Origin: Bythopirellula sp. | GTDB taxonomy: Bacteria; Planctomycetota; Planctomycetia; Pirellulales; Lacipirellulaceae | Assembly (NCBI GenBank): GCA_965216565.1 | Contig: OZ244170.1 | Coordinates: 1,088,001-1,152,000, forward strand | Direction: 5' to 3' | DNA: 64,000 nucleotides | Shown here: piece after piece, positions 8,687 to 17,829 of the stretch | Position numbering within the stretch: the first letter of the stretch is position 1 | Layout of the letters: every line of letters begins with the position of its first letter | Translations under genes and position numbers: made by a program | Notes under the pieces: generated by a model | What the model was told of the DNA's origin: nothing | The model's input: only the letters and a program-made list of their open reading frames with translations | Databases searched by the model: none

Positions 8687-10093
8687 TCAGCCAGCCCCGG
8701 CTTTTCGCGGATCGGTACGGGAGATGATTTCGTTCACGCCGGTCTTGTTGAACCCTTTAAAGCCATCGTTGCGTTCTAAGATCTCCAAGTGAGACCCGAT
8801 CGCACCTTGATTACGAAAATGTTCGGCTTCGTTGGGAGAAATCGCCCCTTTGGCTAGGGTTGCCTCGAGACGATCTTCATCAACCTCCCAGTTCTCGCCA
8901 ATCGTGAACGCTTGACGCAGGAAGGTAGAATCGGTGAAGGGGGCCATGGATTCGACGCCGGCCTCCGCCAGTTGCACGCGGGCCGCATCAAAGTCGAATT
9001 GACATTCCAAGTGATGCATCCCGGCTTGCAACAGCGACTCACCATGCAGGGAACACCACAGGCCCACAGTGCCCAGATTGTCCAGCGGCGGTAGACCTTG
9101 ATGTGCAAAGTCGCCGCTGACTTCCTCTGGCGAGAGGTCCACATCGGCGAACACTACGATCCCGGCCCGCGGCTGCTCCATCACCTGGGCGCCCCAGCCA
9201 GCTTCGTCGCCGGCATAGGTGCGTTCGCGGCATACCAAGCCAAGTTTTTCAAGTACCGCCACCAATGGGGCAAAGCCTGCGCGGCTCGAACGGTAGGTGT
9301 GGTGATCGTGATTCGCCCAGCCAAGCCCTAGCTTTTGCTGCCTCTCGTACTGCACACGAGCGGCATGGTTGCGGCTCTGCCAATATCTGCGTTCGCCTGC
9401 GAAGAACAAATCGCACGCCCAATCCACTCCAAGATCGGCCACCGCCGCGTCGATCAGTTGGCCACACAATTCGAATGCTTCGTCCTCACTGGCGGCATCG
9501 TTTTGAAAAACGCGAGTGCGCTGCGCAAAGGCGCGAAGATGCTTGGAAGCTTGAGCGATCTGTTTATTGCTACAGGTCGGCCAGCTAAAATCGGGATGGC
9601 CGTGACGCTCGATGCCGGCAAGGCATGGTCCTTTTGTTCTGTCGAGTAGCGCGAGCCGCAGCGTGCTCCCAGGTTTGCCCAGGTGCGTGGTTTTGTTGCT
9701 CCCATACGCAAGAGAGAATTGCTCAACGCATTCGACCTTGATGCCCAGCACGTTTTGGCCATCGTTGTGGTCAATGTTTTGTTCGTCGAATAAGGAAGTA
9801 GAAAACACCACTGTCGGAAAGATACCGCCCGGGTGACGCCATACGGTGTCGGAGCTGTCGTCCGCAGTAAATCCCACGTTTTGCAGAGTTTCCGGTGTGC
9901 AGAGATCATGGTCCTGGAGAAAGAAGGAATCAACCCAATCCAGCAATCGAGTTCCCGTCTGCTCCAGCAGTCGAGTTCCCAATTGATCGATATCGGGGCT
10001 CTCGTTACGGAACGAATTCAGAAGGCGATCAATTACTTCGGCGGCAGCCGGTTGTGGCTTCCACCCAAAGTGATGCAAGCCGTCGCTAGGCAT
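8687..10093 (-). CDS. Hypothetical protein; putative VOC-fold Fe(II) 2-oxoacid dioxygenase (HglS/DUF1338- or HPPD-like)
   Basis: Motifs NHDHHTYRS, MHHLECQ, LRQAFT, HLEILER and FKGFN in the order expected for a His-His-Glu facial triad enzyme; divergent from lysine catabolic genes. Confidence 0.55.
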   Translation of the reverse strand: MPSDGLHHFGWKPQPAAAEVIDRLLNSFRNESPDIDQLGTRLLEQTGTRLLDWVDSFFLQDHDLCTPETLQNVGFTADDSSDTVWRHPGGIFPTVVFSTSLFDEQNIDHNDGQNVLGIKVECVEQFSLAYGSNKTTHLGKPGSTLRLALLDRTKGPCLAGIERHGHPDFSWPTCSNKQIAQASKHLRAFAQRTRVFQNDAASEDEAFELCGQLIDAAVADLGVDWACDLFFAGERRYWQSRNHAARVQYERQQKLGLGWANHDHHTYRSSRAGFAPLVAVLEKLGLVCRERTYAGDEAGWGAQVMEQPRAGIVVFADVDLSPEEVSGDFAHQGLPPLDNLGTVGLWCSLHGESLLQAGMHHLECQFDFDAARVQLAEAGVESMAPFTDSTFLRQAFTIGENWEVDEDRLEATLAKGAISPNEAEHFRNQGAIGSHLEILERNDGFKGFNKTGVNEIISRTDPRKAGAG

Positions 10094-10273
10094 GCCAAGT
10101 TCCCCTTTGTGGATTGGAGTTGTCGCTGGCGAGGCTCATGCCATAGGATGAGCCCAGCTAAATTGTATTCACTAAAAACATCCTGGTTATCTTTTGTATA
10201 GTCTGCTGGGGCATCGCGGAACAGAGCCCGACGACAGTATTCGCGTTCCACAAACTGAAGAATTAGGTTCGAT

Positions 10274-11404
10274 ATGCATCGTGTGTTACTAATGGGTGCC
10301 GGCAAAATTGGCCGGATGATTACTCGACTCTTAATCGACTCGGGAGACTACCAAGTCACGGTTGCCGATGCCGATATGGATTCGCTCGCACGACTGTCGA
10401 AGCAGGCGGGAATCGACACATTACAAGTCGACGCGGCAAATCGCGAACAGCTAGTGGCGGCAATGAAAGATTGTCAGGCCGTGATCTCAGCGCTCAGCTT
10501 TCGATTCAATCCCCTCATTGCCGATGTGGCGCTCGAAACGGGTTGCAGCTATTTCGATTTGACCGAGGACGTAGAGACCACGCGAGCTGTCCGCAACGTT
10601 GGGGAAAAAGCGGCCGAAGGCCAGATCTTCATGCCCCAGTGCGGGTTGGCTCCTGGTTTTATTTCGATCGTCGCCAAGCACCTGGCCGACACGTTCGACG
10701 AGCTCGATACTGTCCACATGCGCGTGGGGGCTCTGCCCCAGTTCCCCACGGGTGCCCTCAAATACAACCTCACTTGGAGCACCGATGGGCTAATCAACGA
10801 GTATTGCAATCCTTGCGAAGCAATCCACGAACATCGCAAGGTGGATCTGCTCGCCTTGGAAGGATTCGAGCACTTCTCGCTCGATGGCGTTCGCTACGAA
10901 GCGTTCAACACTAGTGGCGGACTTGGTACCCTGTGCGAAACGCTCGAAGGCAACGTGCGCGAGCTAAATTACAAAACCGTCCGCTATCAAGGTCACCGCG
11001 ATCAGGTGTTGCTGTTAGTGAATGAGTTGCGCCTCAGCGAACGGCGTGATTTGTTGAAAGATATCCTTGAGAACGCTGTGCCGGTTACTTTTCAAGATGT
11101 GGTCGTGACTTTCTGCACCGTCACCGGCAAACGCGATGGCCAGTTTGTGCAATTGAGTGACGCTCGAAAAATCTACAATGTCTCGATTAATGACGAGAAC
11201 TGGAGTGCGATTCAGATAACCACAGCTGCGGGAATATGCACGGTTCTCGATATGCATTTCACCAACCAACTTCCCAGCAGTGGTTTTGTACGGCAAGAGC
11301 AGGTCGATTTCACCAAGTTCCTCGCAAATCGCTTTGGCAAGTATTACGATTCCCAGGTCTCCAGCAAGTTTGCAGGCGGAGCACCATCTAACAACGACGA
11401 TTGA
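10274..11404 (+). CDS. Saccharopine dehydrogenase family / L-lysine 6-dehydrogenase-like
   Basis: GAGKIG, YFDLTED, CGLAPG, TWSTDGLINEY, EAFNTSGG, YKTVRY. Confidence 0.85.
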   Translation: MHRVLLMGAGKIGRMITRLLIDSGDYQVTVADADMDSLARLSKQAGIDTLQVDAANREQLVAAMKDCQAVISALSFRFNPLIADVALETGCSYFDLTEDVETTRAVRNVGEKAAEGQIFMPQCGLAPGFISIVAKHLADTFDELDTVHMRVGALPQFPTGALKYNLTWSTDGLINEYCNPCEAIHEHRKVDLLALEGFEHFSLDGVRYEAFNTSGGLGTLCETLEGNVRELNYKTVRYQGHRDQVLLLVNELRLSERRDLLKDILENAVPVTFQDVVVTFCTVTGKRDGQFVQLSDARKIYNVSINDENWSAIQITTAAGICTVLDMHFTNQLPSSGFVRQEQVDFTKFLANRFGKYYDSQVSSKFAGGAPSNNDD

Positions 11405-11409
11405 GTCCT

Positions 11410-12948
11410 ATGAATACAGCAGTAGAAGCAGCGACAAAAGCACTAGGCATCCACCTCCCCGCCCAGGCGGTAGCCGTCGGTGGCCAGTGGCAGGAGGGCA
11501 CCGGAGAGAAACACGTCGTGCGATCGCCAATTGATGGCAGCACGTTGATTGAGTTTCCATTGGCCAGTGCCGACCAAGTCGACGAGGTCACCGCTCAGGC
11601 TGCCGAGGCGTTTACGGCTTGGCGAGTTTTACCAGCACCAGTGCGGGGCGAATTTGTTCGCCGCTTTGGGCAGTGCCTGCGAGAAAACCTCAACGATCTC
11701 GCCACCCTTGTCAGTTGGGAAGCCGGCAAGATCACCGCCGAAGCCGCTGGCGAAGTGCAGGAGATGATCGACATCTGCGATTTTGCCGTCGGACTGAGCC
11801 GCCAACTTTACGGCAAGTCGATCGCCAGCGAACGTCCCGGGCATCGTCTCACCGAACAGTGGCTGCCGCTGGGACCGGTGGGTGTGATCTCCGCGTTCAA
11901 TTTTCCCGTCGCCGTATGGGCTTGGAATGCAGCGATAGCCTGGGTCTGCGGCGACCCTGTGGTTTGGAAGCCTTCCGAGAAAACACCACTAACGGCAATC
12001 GCCTGCCAGGCTCTCGCTGCTAAGACAATTCAAGAGATGTCCGAGGTCCCGCCAGCAATTTCTTCACTAGTGATTGGCAAAGCCGACGTCGGTCAGCGAC
12101 TCGCCGAGTCTCCACACTTGCCGCTAGTCTCCGCCACCGGTTCAGTGCCGATGGGACGAGCCGTCGCCCAAACCGTAGCCGCCAGATTGGGCAAATCGCT
12201 TTTGGAACTAGGCGGAAACAACGGCATGATCGTCGCTCCGTCGGCAGATATGGAACTTGCTGTACGCTCGATCACTTTCTCCGCCGTTGGCACTTGCGGC
12301 CAACGTTGCACCACGTTGCGGCGTTTGATCGTCCATAACTCGGTGGCCGACGGGCTCCGCGATCGATTGCTAGAAGTCTTCACACAACTGCCGATTGGCA
12401 ATCCAACGGCAGAGAGCACGCTCATCGGTCCGTTGATCGACGAACAGGCAGCCGATGCCATGGATCAGGCGCTAACCACCGCGGCAGAGCAGGGCGGTAC
12501 CGTTCACGGTGGGGGACGCGTGACAGACAACGTCCCCGAGGGCGGAGTCTATGTGCGACCGGCATTGGTGGAAATCGATGCCAATGCCGAGATTCTGCAG
12601 CAGGAAACGTTTGCCCCGATCCTGTACTTCATGCGTTACGACAATCTGCAGGAGGCGATCGCCCTTCACAACAATGTGCCGCAGGGACTCGCCTCGGCAA
12701 TTCTCACGACCGACGTCCGCGAGGCCGAATTGTTTTGCTCGGCTGCTGGTTCCGATTGCGGGATCGTTAACGTCAACATTGGCACGAGCGGTGCGGAAAT
12801 CGGCGGTGCCTTCGGCGGCGAGAAAGAGACGGGTGGTGGGCGAGAATCTGGCAGCGATGCCTGGAAACTCTACATGCGTCGTGCCACCAATACGGTAAAC
12901 TATTCGGAAGAATTGCCGCTGGCCCAAGGCATTAAATTCGACGTGTAA
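11410..12948 (+). CDS. amaB: ALDH7-type aldehyde dehydrogenase (piperideine-6-carboxylate / aminoadipate-semialdehyde dehydrogenase)
   Basis: GEVQEMIDICDFAVGLSRQL, ISAFNFPVAVW, LELGGNN, GQRCT, GAEIGGAFGGEKETGGGRESGSDAWK are ALDH7 hallmarks. Confidence 0.88.
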   Translation: MNTAVEAATKALGIHLPAQAVAVGGQWQEGTGEKHVVRSPIDGSTLIEFPLASADQVDEVTAQAAEAFTAWRVLPAPVRGEFVRRFGQCLRENLNDLATLVSWEAGKITAEAAGEVQEMIDICDFAVGLSRQLYGKSIASERPGHRLTEQWLPLGPVGVISAFNFPVAVWAWNAAIAWVCGDPVVWKPSEKTPLTAIACQALAAKTIQEMSEVPPAISSLVIGKADVGQRLAESPHLPLVSATGSVPMGRAVAQTVAARLGKSLLELGGNNGMIVAPSADMELAVRSITFSAVGTCGQRCTTLRRLIVHNSVADGLRDRLLEVFTQLPIGNPTAESTLIGPLIDEQAADAMDQALTTAAEQGGTVHGGGRVTDNVPEGGVYVRPALVEIDANAEILQQETFAPILYFMRYDNLQEAIALHNNVPQGLASAILTTDVREAELFCSAAGSDCGIVNVNIGTSGAEIGGAFGGEKETGGGRESGSDAWKLYMRRATNTVNYSEELPLAQGIKFDV

Positions 12949-13018
12949 CGAAAGCTGCACTCTACATGGACCTTTGGCTGCGATCCCCGTTGCTTCACTC
13001 GCAAATAAGGTCATCTCG

Positions 13019-13942
13019 ATGAATCGTCGCAATTTTGTCGCGCTAGGCAGCGTGGCAGGTGCTGCCGCACTCACAGCCGCCACTTCCCTGGCAGAGGAAA
13101 ACCAGGTGGATGCTGAACTCAAGTTCCAACTCAAATATGCTCCCCACTTTGGAATGTTCAAGCACTCCGCAGGCGACGACCCCATCGCCCAGCTACGCTT
13201 CGCCGCCGACCAGGGTTTCACGGCCTGGGAAGACAACAACATGGGCAAACGCTCCGCTGAAGAGCAGAAGAAGATTGCCCAAACCATGGAAGAATTGGGC
13301 CTCGAAATGGGGGTCTTCGTGGGCAGTAGCATCAACTGGAAGAAGCCTACTTTAACAACCGGCAAGAAAGAGCATCGCGATAAGTTTCTGGAAGAAATCC
13401 GGGCCTCGATCGATGTAGCCAAGCGTGTCCGGGCAAAGTGGATGACAGTCGTGCCGGGACACGTCGATCTCCGCCAAGAGCTGGACTACCAAACAGCGCA
13501 CGTGGTGGACAGTTTGCGCCGGGCGGCTGAACTCTTGGAGCCACACAACTTGACGATGGTCTTAGAGCCACTCAACTGGTGGACCAACCACGCAGGACTA
13601 TTCTTGGATCGCATTCCCCAGGCATTTCAAATCTGTCGGGCCGTCGACAGTCCCGCTTGCAAGATCCTGTTCGATATTTATCACCAGCAAATTGCCGAGG
13701 GCAATCTGATTCCCAACATCGACAAAGCCTGGGACGAAATCGGGTACTTCCAAATCGGCGACAACCCCGGCCGCAAGGAACCCGGCACCGGCGAAATCAA
13801 CTACCGAAACGTATTCCGGCACATCCATGCCAAGGGTTTCGACGGCATCCTCGGCATGGAGCACGGCAACAGCCAAGCAGGCAAAGCCGGCGAGCAAGCG
13901 GTGATCGACGCCTACGTAGCCGCGGATCGCTTTAGCGAATAG
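13019..13942 (+). CDS. Tat-exported hydroxypyruvate isomerase / xylose-isomerase-like TIM barrel protein
   Basis: MNRRNF twin-arginine signal; LEPLN, LFDIYHQQ, DNPGRKEPGTGEINY. Confidence 0.85.
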   Translation: MNRRNFVALGSVAGAAALTAATSLAEENQVDAELKFQLKYAPHFGMFKHSAGDDPIAQLRFAADQGFTAWEDNNMGKRSAEEQKKIAQTMEELGLEMGVFVGSSINWKKPTLTTGKKEHRDKFLEEIRASIDVAKRVRAKWMTVVPGHVDLRQELDYQTAHVVDSLRRAAELLEPHNLTMVLEPLNWWTNHAGLFLDRIPQAFQICRAVDSPACKILFDIYHQQIAEGNLIPNIDKAWDEIGYFQIGDNPGRKEPGTGEINYRNVFRHIHAKGFDGILGMEHGNSQAGKAGEQAVIDAYVAADRFSE

Positions 13943-14128
13943 CCCCGACAGCGGCGGCAGATCATAGCCAGGGTCGTAAGACCCTAATTCAAGTCCCCCG
14001 CCCACGTCTGCGGGGGAGGCCAGTTTTCAAAGCAACATAGTGGGGAGGGGGTTTTGGGAGAACGCGATGAATCGACTTAACTCAAACATCTTATTGAAGT
14101 GGGTGCAATGAAACTAAATAAACCCACC

Positions 14129-14260
14129 TCACGAACTCCAATACAAAAACCCAATAAACAAAAGCAAAGCGAAGCAAAACGACATGAGGTACCAGAAACA
14201 CCCAGAGGGTGAATCGGGGCCTTTCACGCCGGTGCCCCACAAGTGGAAGTCGTCTAGCAC
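14129..14260 (-). CDS. Putative small membrane protein, 43 aa
   Basis: GTG start after AGGG; manual translation MLDDFHLWGTGVKGPDSPSGCFWYLMSFCFALLLFIGFLYWSS with a C-terminal hydrophobic helix. Below the ORF-track cutoff. Confidence 0.4.
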   Translation of the reverse strand: MLDDFHLWGTGVKGPDSPSGCFWYLMSFCFALLLFIGFLYWSS

Positions 14261-14437
14261 GTCAGCTACCCTACTTTCTTATCTCTCGCCTGTCAGGAAT
14301 TCGGCAAACTTCCACTACTACAACAATTAGCTGGGAGTCTAGTGTAGACGCATGAAGTTGTAGACGCATCAACTTGCCAGAACCCTAAAAAGTTTTTGTG
14401 TCCGTTGTGTGTCGTGGTCTAAAGAACTCTATCAACC

Positions 14438-15403
14438 TTACACATCGATCCCCGCCAACTCGGCAGCCGACTGTAAATCACCCGCGGCGGTGGTGGCTCC
14501 CAGCCCCGTCACGCAGCGGGCACCTGTAGCCGCAGCGAGTTTGCCTGCCTTCTCGACGGGCCAACCTTTCAGGATTCCCGTCAACAGCCCGCCGAAAAAA
14601 CTGTCGCCCGCGCCGGTCGTGTCGATCACTTCTCCTGGAGGAGTGATGGCGGGCAGTTCGACATACTGACCAGTGCTGGGGCTGAGCAGGGCACCTTCCG
14701 AGCCCAGCTTGATGCCGAGTATTCCTTGCGATCCTGCGGTGCGATAAGCGTCGATCATCTTTTGGGGATCTTCTTCGCCCGTCTGATGTTTGGCCTCGTC
14801 AAAGCTGGGTACATAAATGTCCAAGTGAGGCAGACATTCCGCCAGAGGATCCATGCTGCCACCGTCGCCGGAGGCATCGAGTGCGGTCACACAACCGGTC
14901 CCGCGGATGGCCGCCAACACCTCAGCCAGATCCTGCTGCAAACTTGGCAAGAGCGAATAATAGCCGAGCAACATCGATTTGCTGCGAGCGAAGAGTTCCA
15001 GATTGTCCAAAAAGATTCTCTTATCAAGTTGTTTGGGCGCGCCGACCGCGTGCATGAAACTTCGCTCGGCATCGCTGTCGATCAGCACGGCCGTGGTACT
15101 CGATGAAGCCGTAGGGTGCGTCATCAAATAGTCGGTATCGATACCGTCGGCCGCATACCGGCTGCGAATAATCTCGGCCCAACTGTCGTTGCCAATATAG
15201 GTGAACGCCGCCACCTGCATCCCCAACCGGGCCATCGTGATTCCCGAGTTAGACACGATTCCCCCAGTGGTGAGCTCCAGGGGTTCGGTACGAACGAGTT
15301 TGCCGGCACCAATCGGTTCGCTCAGCGGCACAGGACGCACCAGCACATCAACCACACACGAACCACAAACCACACAATCGAATTCCGGTTGTTTAGCATT
15401 CAT
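14438..15403 (-). CDS. PfkB family carbohydrate kinase
   Basis: TTGGIVSN, IKLGSEGA, and the PfkB signature DTTGAGDSFFGG. Confidence 0.92.
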   Translation of the reverse strand: MNAKQPEFDCVVCGSCVVDVLVRPVPLSEPIGAGKLVRTEPLELTTGGIVSNSGITMARLGMQVAAFTYIGNDSWAEIIRSRYAADGIDTDYLMTHPTASSSTTAVLIDSDAERSFMHAVGAPKQLDKRIFLDNLELFARSKSMLLGYYSLLPSLQQDLAEVLAAIRGTGCVTALDASGDGGSMDPLAECLPHLDIYVPSFDEAKHQTGEEDPQKMIDAYRTAGSQGILGIKLGSEGALLSPSTGQYVELPAITPPGEVIDTTGAGDSFFGGLLTGILKGWPVEKAGKLAAATGARCVTGLGATTAAGDLQSAAELAGIDV

Positions 15404-15605
15404 AATTCCCAGAATACCGTTGCCAGAGCGTGGAAGACAGTCCCCAAGGTGCCATTCGCGTCGGTGGGATGCGCAGGAATATGGCTACTGGTCGGCACAC
15501 CAATAAGGCGGTGGTAACTTAGAGGACAGAGCGATCTGCCAAGGTCCATGTACGCGAGGTGTTTGACGCTATAAACCGCAAGTCAAAAAAAAGCGAAGCG
15601 CTATC

Positions 15606-15693
15606 TGCCCCCTCTCCCCGGATATCTGGGCGACTGTAGGTTTATTGAACGCGTAATTTACCGATCGACAGGGGAGAGGGTTGGGGTGAGGGA
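15606..15693. repeat. CCCTCTCCCC hairpin repeat, left of DUF559 gene
   Basis: 10-bp stem ccctctcccc/ggggagaggg, 51-nt loop, tail ttggggtgaggga. Confidence 0.85.
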
Positions 15694-15700
15694 ATCTCGA

Positions 15701-16069
15701 CTAGAATCGCATTTCTTCTTCCACACCAACAAATCGTGCGATCGCAAGCGCGACTGATTCTACATCACTAAGGACGTCATCGTTGCAGAACCGCAAGACG
15801 CGCCATCCTGCCGCTTCCAAACGCTGTTGCCGAGCCTGATCACGCTCTAGTGTGTAGTCATGATAATCGCCGTCAAGTTCCACGACCAAACGATGCTCGA
15901 TGCAAGCGAAATCCGCGATTGCACTCTCAATCGGAAACTGTCGGCGAAACTTAATCCCACATAAGCGTCGACCTCGCAATACTTGCCAGAGAAGTGCTTC
16001 CGCTTTCGTCTGTCGCACGCGAAGTTGTCGGGCTCGCTCGGTCGTGATTGGATCTTGTTTAGATGGCAT
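15701..16069 (-). CDS. DUF559 family (Vsr-like) endonuclease
   Basis: RARQLR..TKAEALLWQVLR, KFRRQFPI, ADFAC, LVVELDGDYH, GWRVLRF; start at MPSKQ. Confidence 0.9.
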   Translation of the reverse strand: MPSKQDPITTERARQLRVRQTKAEALLWQVLRGRRLCGIKFRRQFPIESAIADFACIEHRLVVELDGDYHDYTLERDQARQQRLEAAGWRVLRFCNDDVLSDVESVALAIARFVGVEEEMRF

Positions 16070-16081
16070 TGTCTCGAGTGG

Positions 16082-16172
16082 TCCCCTCACCCCAGCCCTC
16101 TCCCCGGTTACAGAGAAGTTGAACTCGACTGTCTAAGTTTACATCAAACCACGCTTCAGGGGAGAGGGGGCA
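16082..16172. repeat. CCCTCTCCCC hairpin repeat, right of DUF559 gene (inverted relative to left copy)
   Basis: cccctcaccccag-ccctctcccc, 53-nt loop, ggggagagggggca. Confidence 0.85.
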
Positions 16173-16307
16173 TGTGACGCTGCGCGTCGGTGGGACCTTT
16201 AAACGACGAGATTGAACCGACCTTCCGTGTGTCGCTTTATCGTCCTGTGCATACTCATGAATGTGCAACGTCCGGCTCTTCGCGGAAGCGTTGCACACAC
16301 GATGCCT

Positions 16308-16349
16308 AACAAAAAAACCTCCACCATCGTGAAATGGCAGAGGCTTGTT
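16308..16349 (-). terminator. Putative intrinsic terminator of the 16374 gene
   Basis: Imperfect stem cctccaccat/atggcagagg next to an A7 run (U-tract on the minus strand), just past the stop codon. Confidence 0.5.
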
Positions 16350-16373
16350 CAGCTCGTAGAAATGTCGTCGCTA

Positions 16374-17294
16374 TTAGCGACCTGCAGGTACGGCGTACCA
16401 GCCATCGGCATCCGTTGCGGGAGCATGACTCACCGTGTGCGTCTTCGCAGGCTGCGAGTAGACGGCCTGACGGACCGGGACGGTGGGACCGCGCGAGGCA
16501 GTTAGATCACGAGGATCAAACAGCCGTGGTGCTTCGAAGTAGGTACTGGCATCTTCCTCGGCCACTGGCTTCGGATCGTTCGTAGAATCGGTGGTCACCG
16601 GACGCTGCGCGTCGTAGTTCGTCGAGCCAGGAACAGGTTCGTTGGGTGCCAAAGTAGGTTGCGGAGTTTGCGGTCCTGCACTCGGTTGTGACGAGTACGA
16701 TGGAGTTCCGGCGTTACCCGCACAGTTGGCACATCCCGTGCTGGGCTGCGAATAAATCGCTTGGCCCACGCCGCCCGAACAACTGGAGCAAGACGAGGTG
16801 GCACATGTCGAGCAAGTGTCGCAGGAACCATAGCCGCAACCGCAAGGGTTGCAGGAACATGGACTGCATCCACAAGCATTACAGCTGGATACGACGGGGC
16901 TCATTACCACCTGACGGGCAACCGCGTAATTGGTCGTATACGACAGTGGTGCATAGGACGTCACATAGGGACGATAGGAAGCCGAGTAAGCGTAGGCTGC
17001 CGTGTAGGGAGTGTACGACGTTGTGTACGTCGGGGCGTAAGCCGCGGTGTAGGGGGCATAGCCTGCGGTGTATGTTGCCGCCGGAGCATAGCTTCGTGAT
17101 CTCCAACGATCGAGAAGTTTACCCGGGTACCAACCTGTGTAAACCGGTTGCGTCACAACTGGCGAATAGGCCACGGTGGGGACAGCGCACGTTGAACACT
17201 GAGCGACGGAAGTCGACGCAGTCATCAACAGCAAGGAAGCTGCTACCAAACAAGCCAGGGCAATACGCATGGAACGAAAGTTCATAGTTTTCAT
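16374..17294 (-). CDS. Secreted low-complexity Tyr/Ala/Pro/Thr-repeat and Cys-rich protein
   Basis: Signal peptide ending SVA-Q, YAP/YTA repeats, Cys block SCNACGCSPCSCNPCGC. Confidence 0.75.
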   Translation of the reverse strand: MKTMNFRSMRIALACLVAASLLLMTASTSVAQCSTCAVPTVAYSPVVTQPVYTGWYPGKLLDRWRSRSYAPAATYTAGYAPYTAAYAPTYTTSYTPYTAAYAYSASYRPYVTSYAPLSYTTNYAVARQVVMSPVVSSCNACGCSPCSCNPCGCGYGSCDTCSTCATSSCSSCSGGVGQAIYSQPSTGCANCAGNAGTPSYSSQPSAGPQTPQPTLAPNEPVPGSTNYDAQRPVTTDSTNDPKPVAEEDASTYFEAPRLFDPRDLTASRGPTVPVRQAVYSQPAKTHTVSHAPATDADGWYAVPAGR

Positions 17295-17829
17295 CTCGTA
17301 AGACTCGAAGTGTGAACGAGGGACAGTTATCCCCCAACTATTAGGTTTAATCTGCCGACCCATTGGTTGGCAACCATTTTCTGGCCGCACGACCAATTTG
17401 GTCAGGATTTCATGTTGGGGAGAGTTTGCGTTTTAGGGAAAAGACGGCGAGAGAAGCGTCCTCTTTCGACAAGTTTGCTGGCACTCTTATGAACCAACAA
17501 ACAGGTCGCGGCAGCCATGCCCCGCATTTTGACGACAGGATCTTCCTGCGGCCAAAATACGTATAGATAAGTGTAGCCTACGATATCGAGGTGATCGCGA
17601 ATTCATGCAGATACCAAGACCGTAGGGACTGCCATGTCGCAAAAATGCATCATGCGAAGGTGGGAATAGTGTCCCACTGCTGATACGTTGCTGCGCATCC
17701 TTTCGTTCGGAAAAAAGTGTGGCGTGAATGCAACGCTATCGAGGTTTCGTGTGCGCTGGTAAGGATTACGCGGCACTTGACAAGATTGTCACTTGCACGG
17801 ATGGCAAAATATAGAACTCGGGCGGACGA

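Noticed and set aside
12472..13422. 316-aa antisense ORF
   Set aside because: Shadow of the ALDH and TIM-barrel genes; no motifs.
14200..14300. Possible riboswitch or HDV-like ribozyme (ttcacg loop, GGCAAAC nearby)
   Set aside because: I could not build the required pseudoknot or match a riboswitch consensus; the small ORF explains the region better. An Rfam scan would settle it.
15606..16172. CRISPR-like reading of repeats with variable spacers
   Set aside because: Only two units, inverted and separated by a gene; no tandem array or cas genes in the window.
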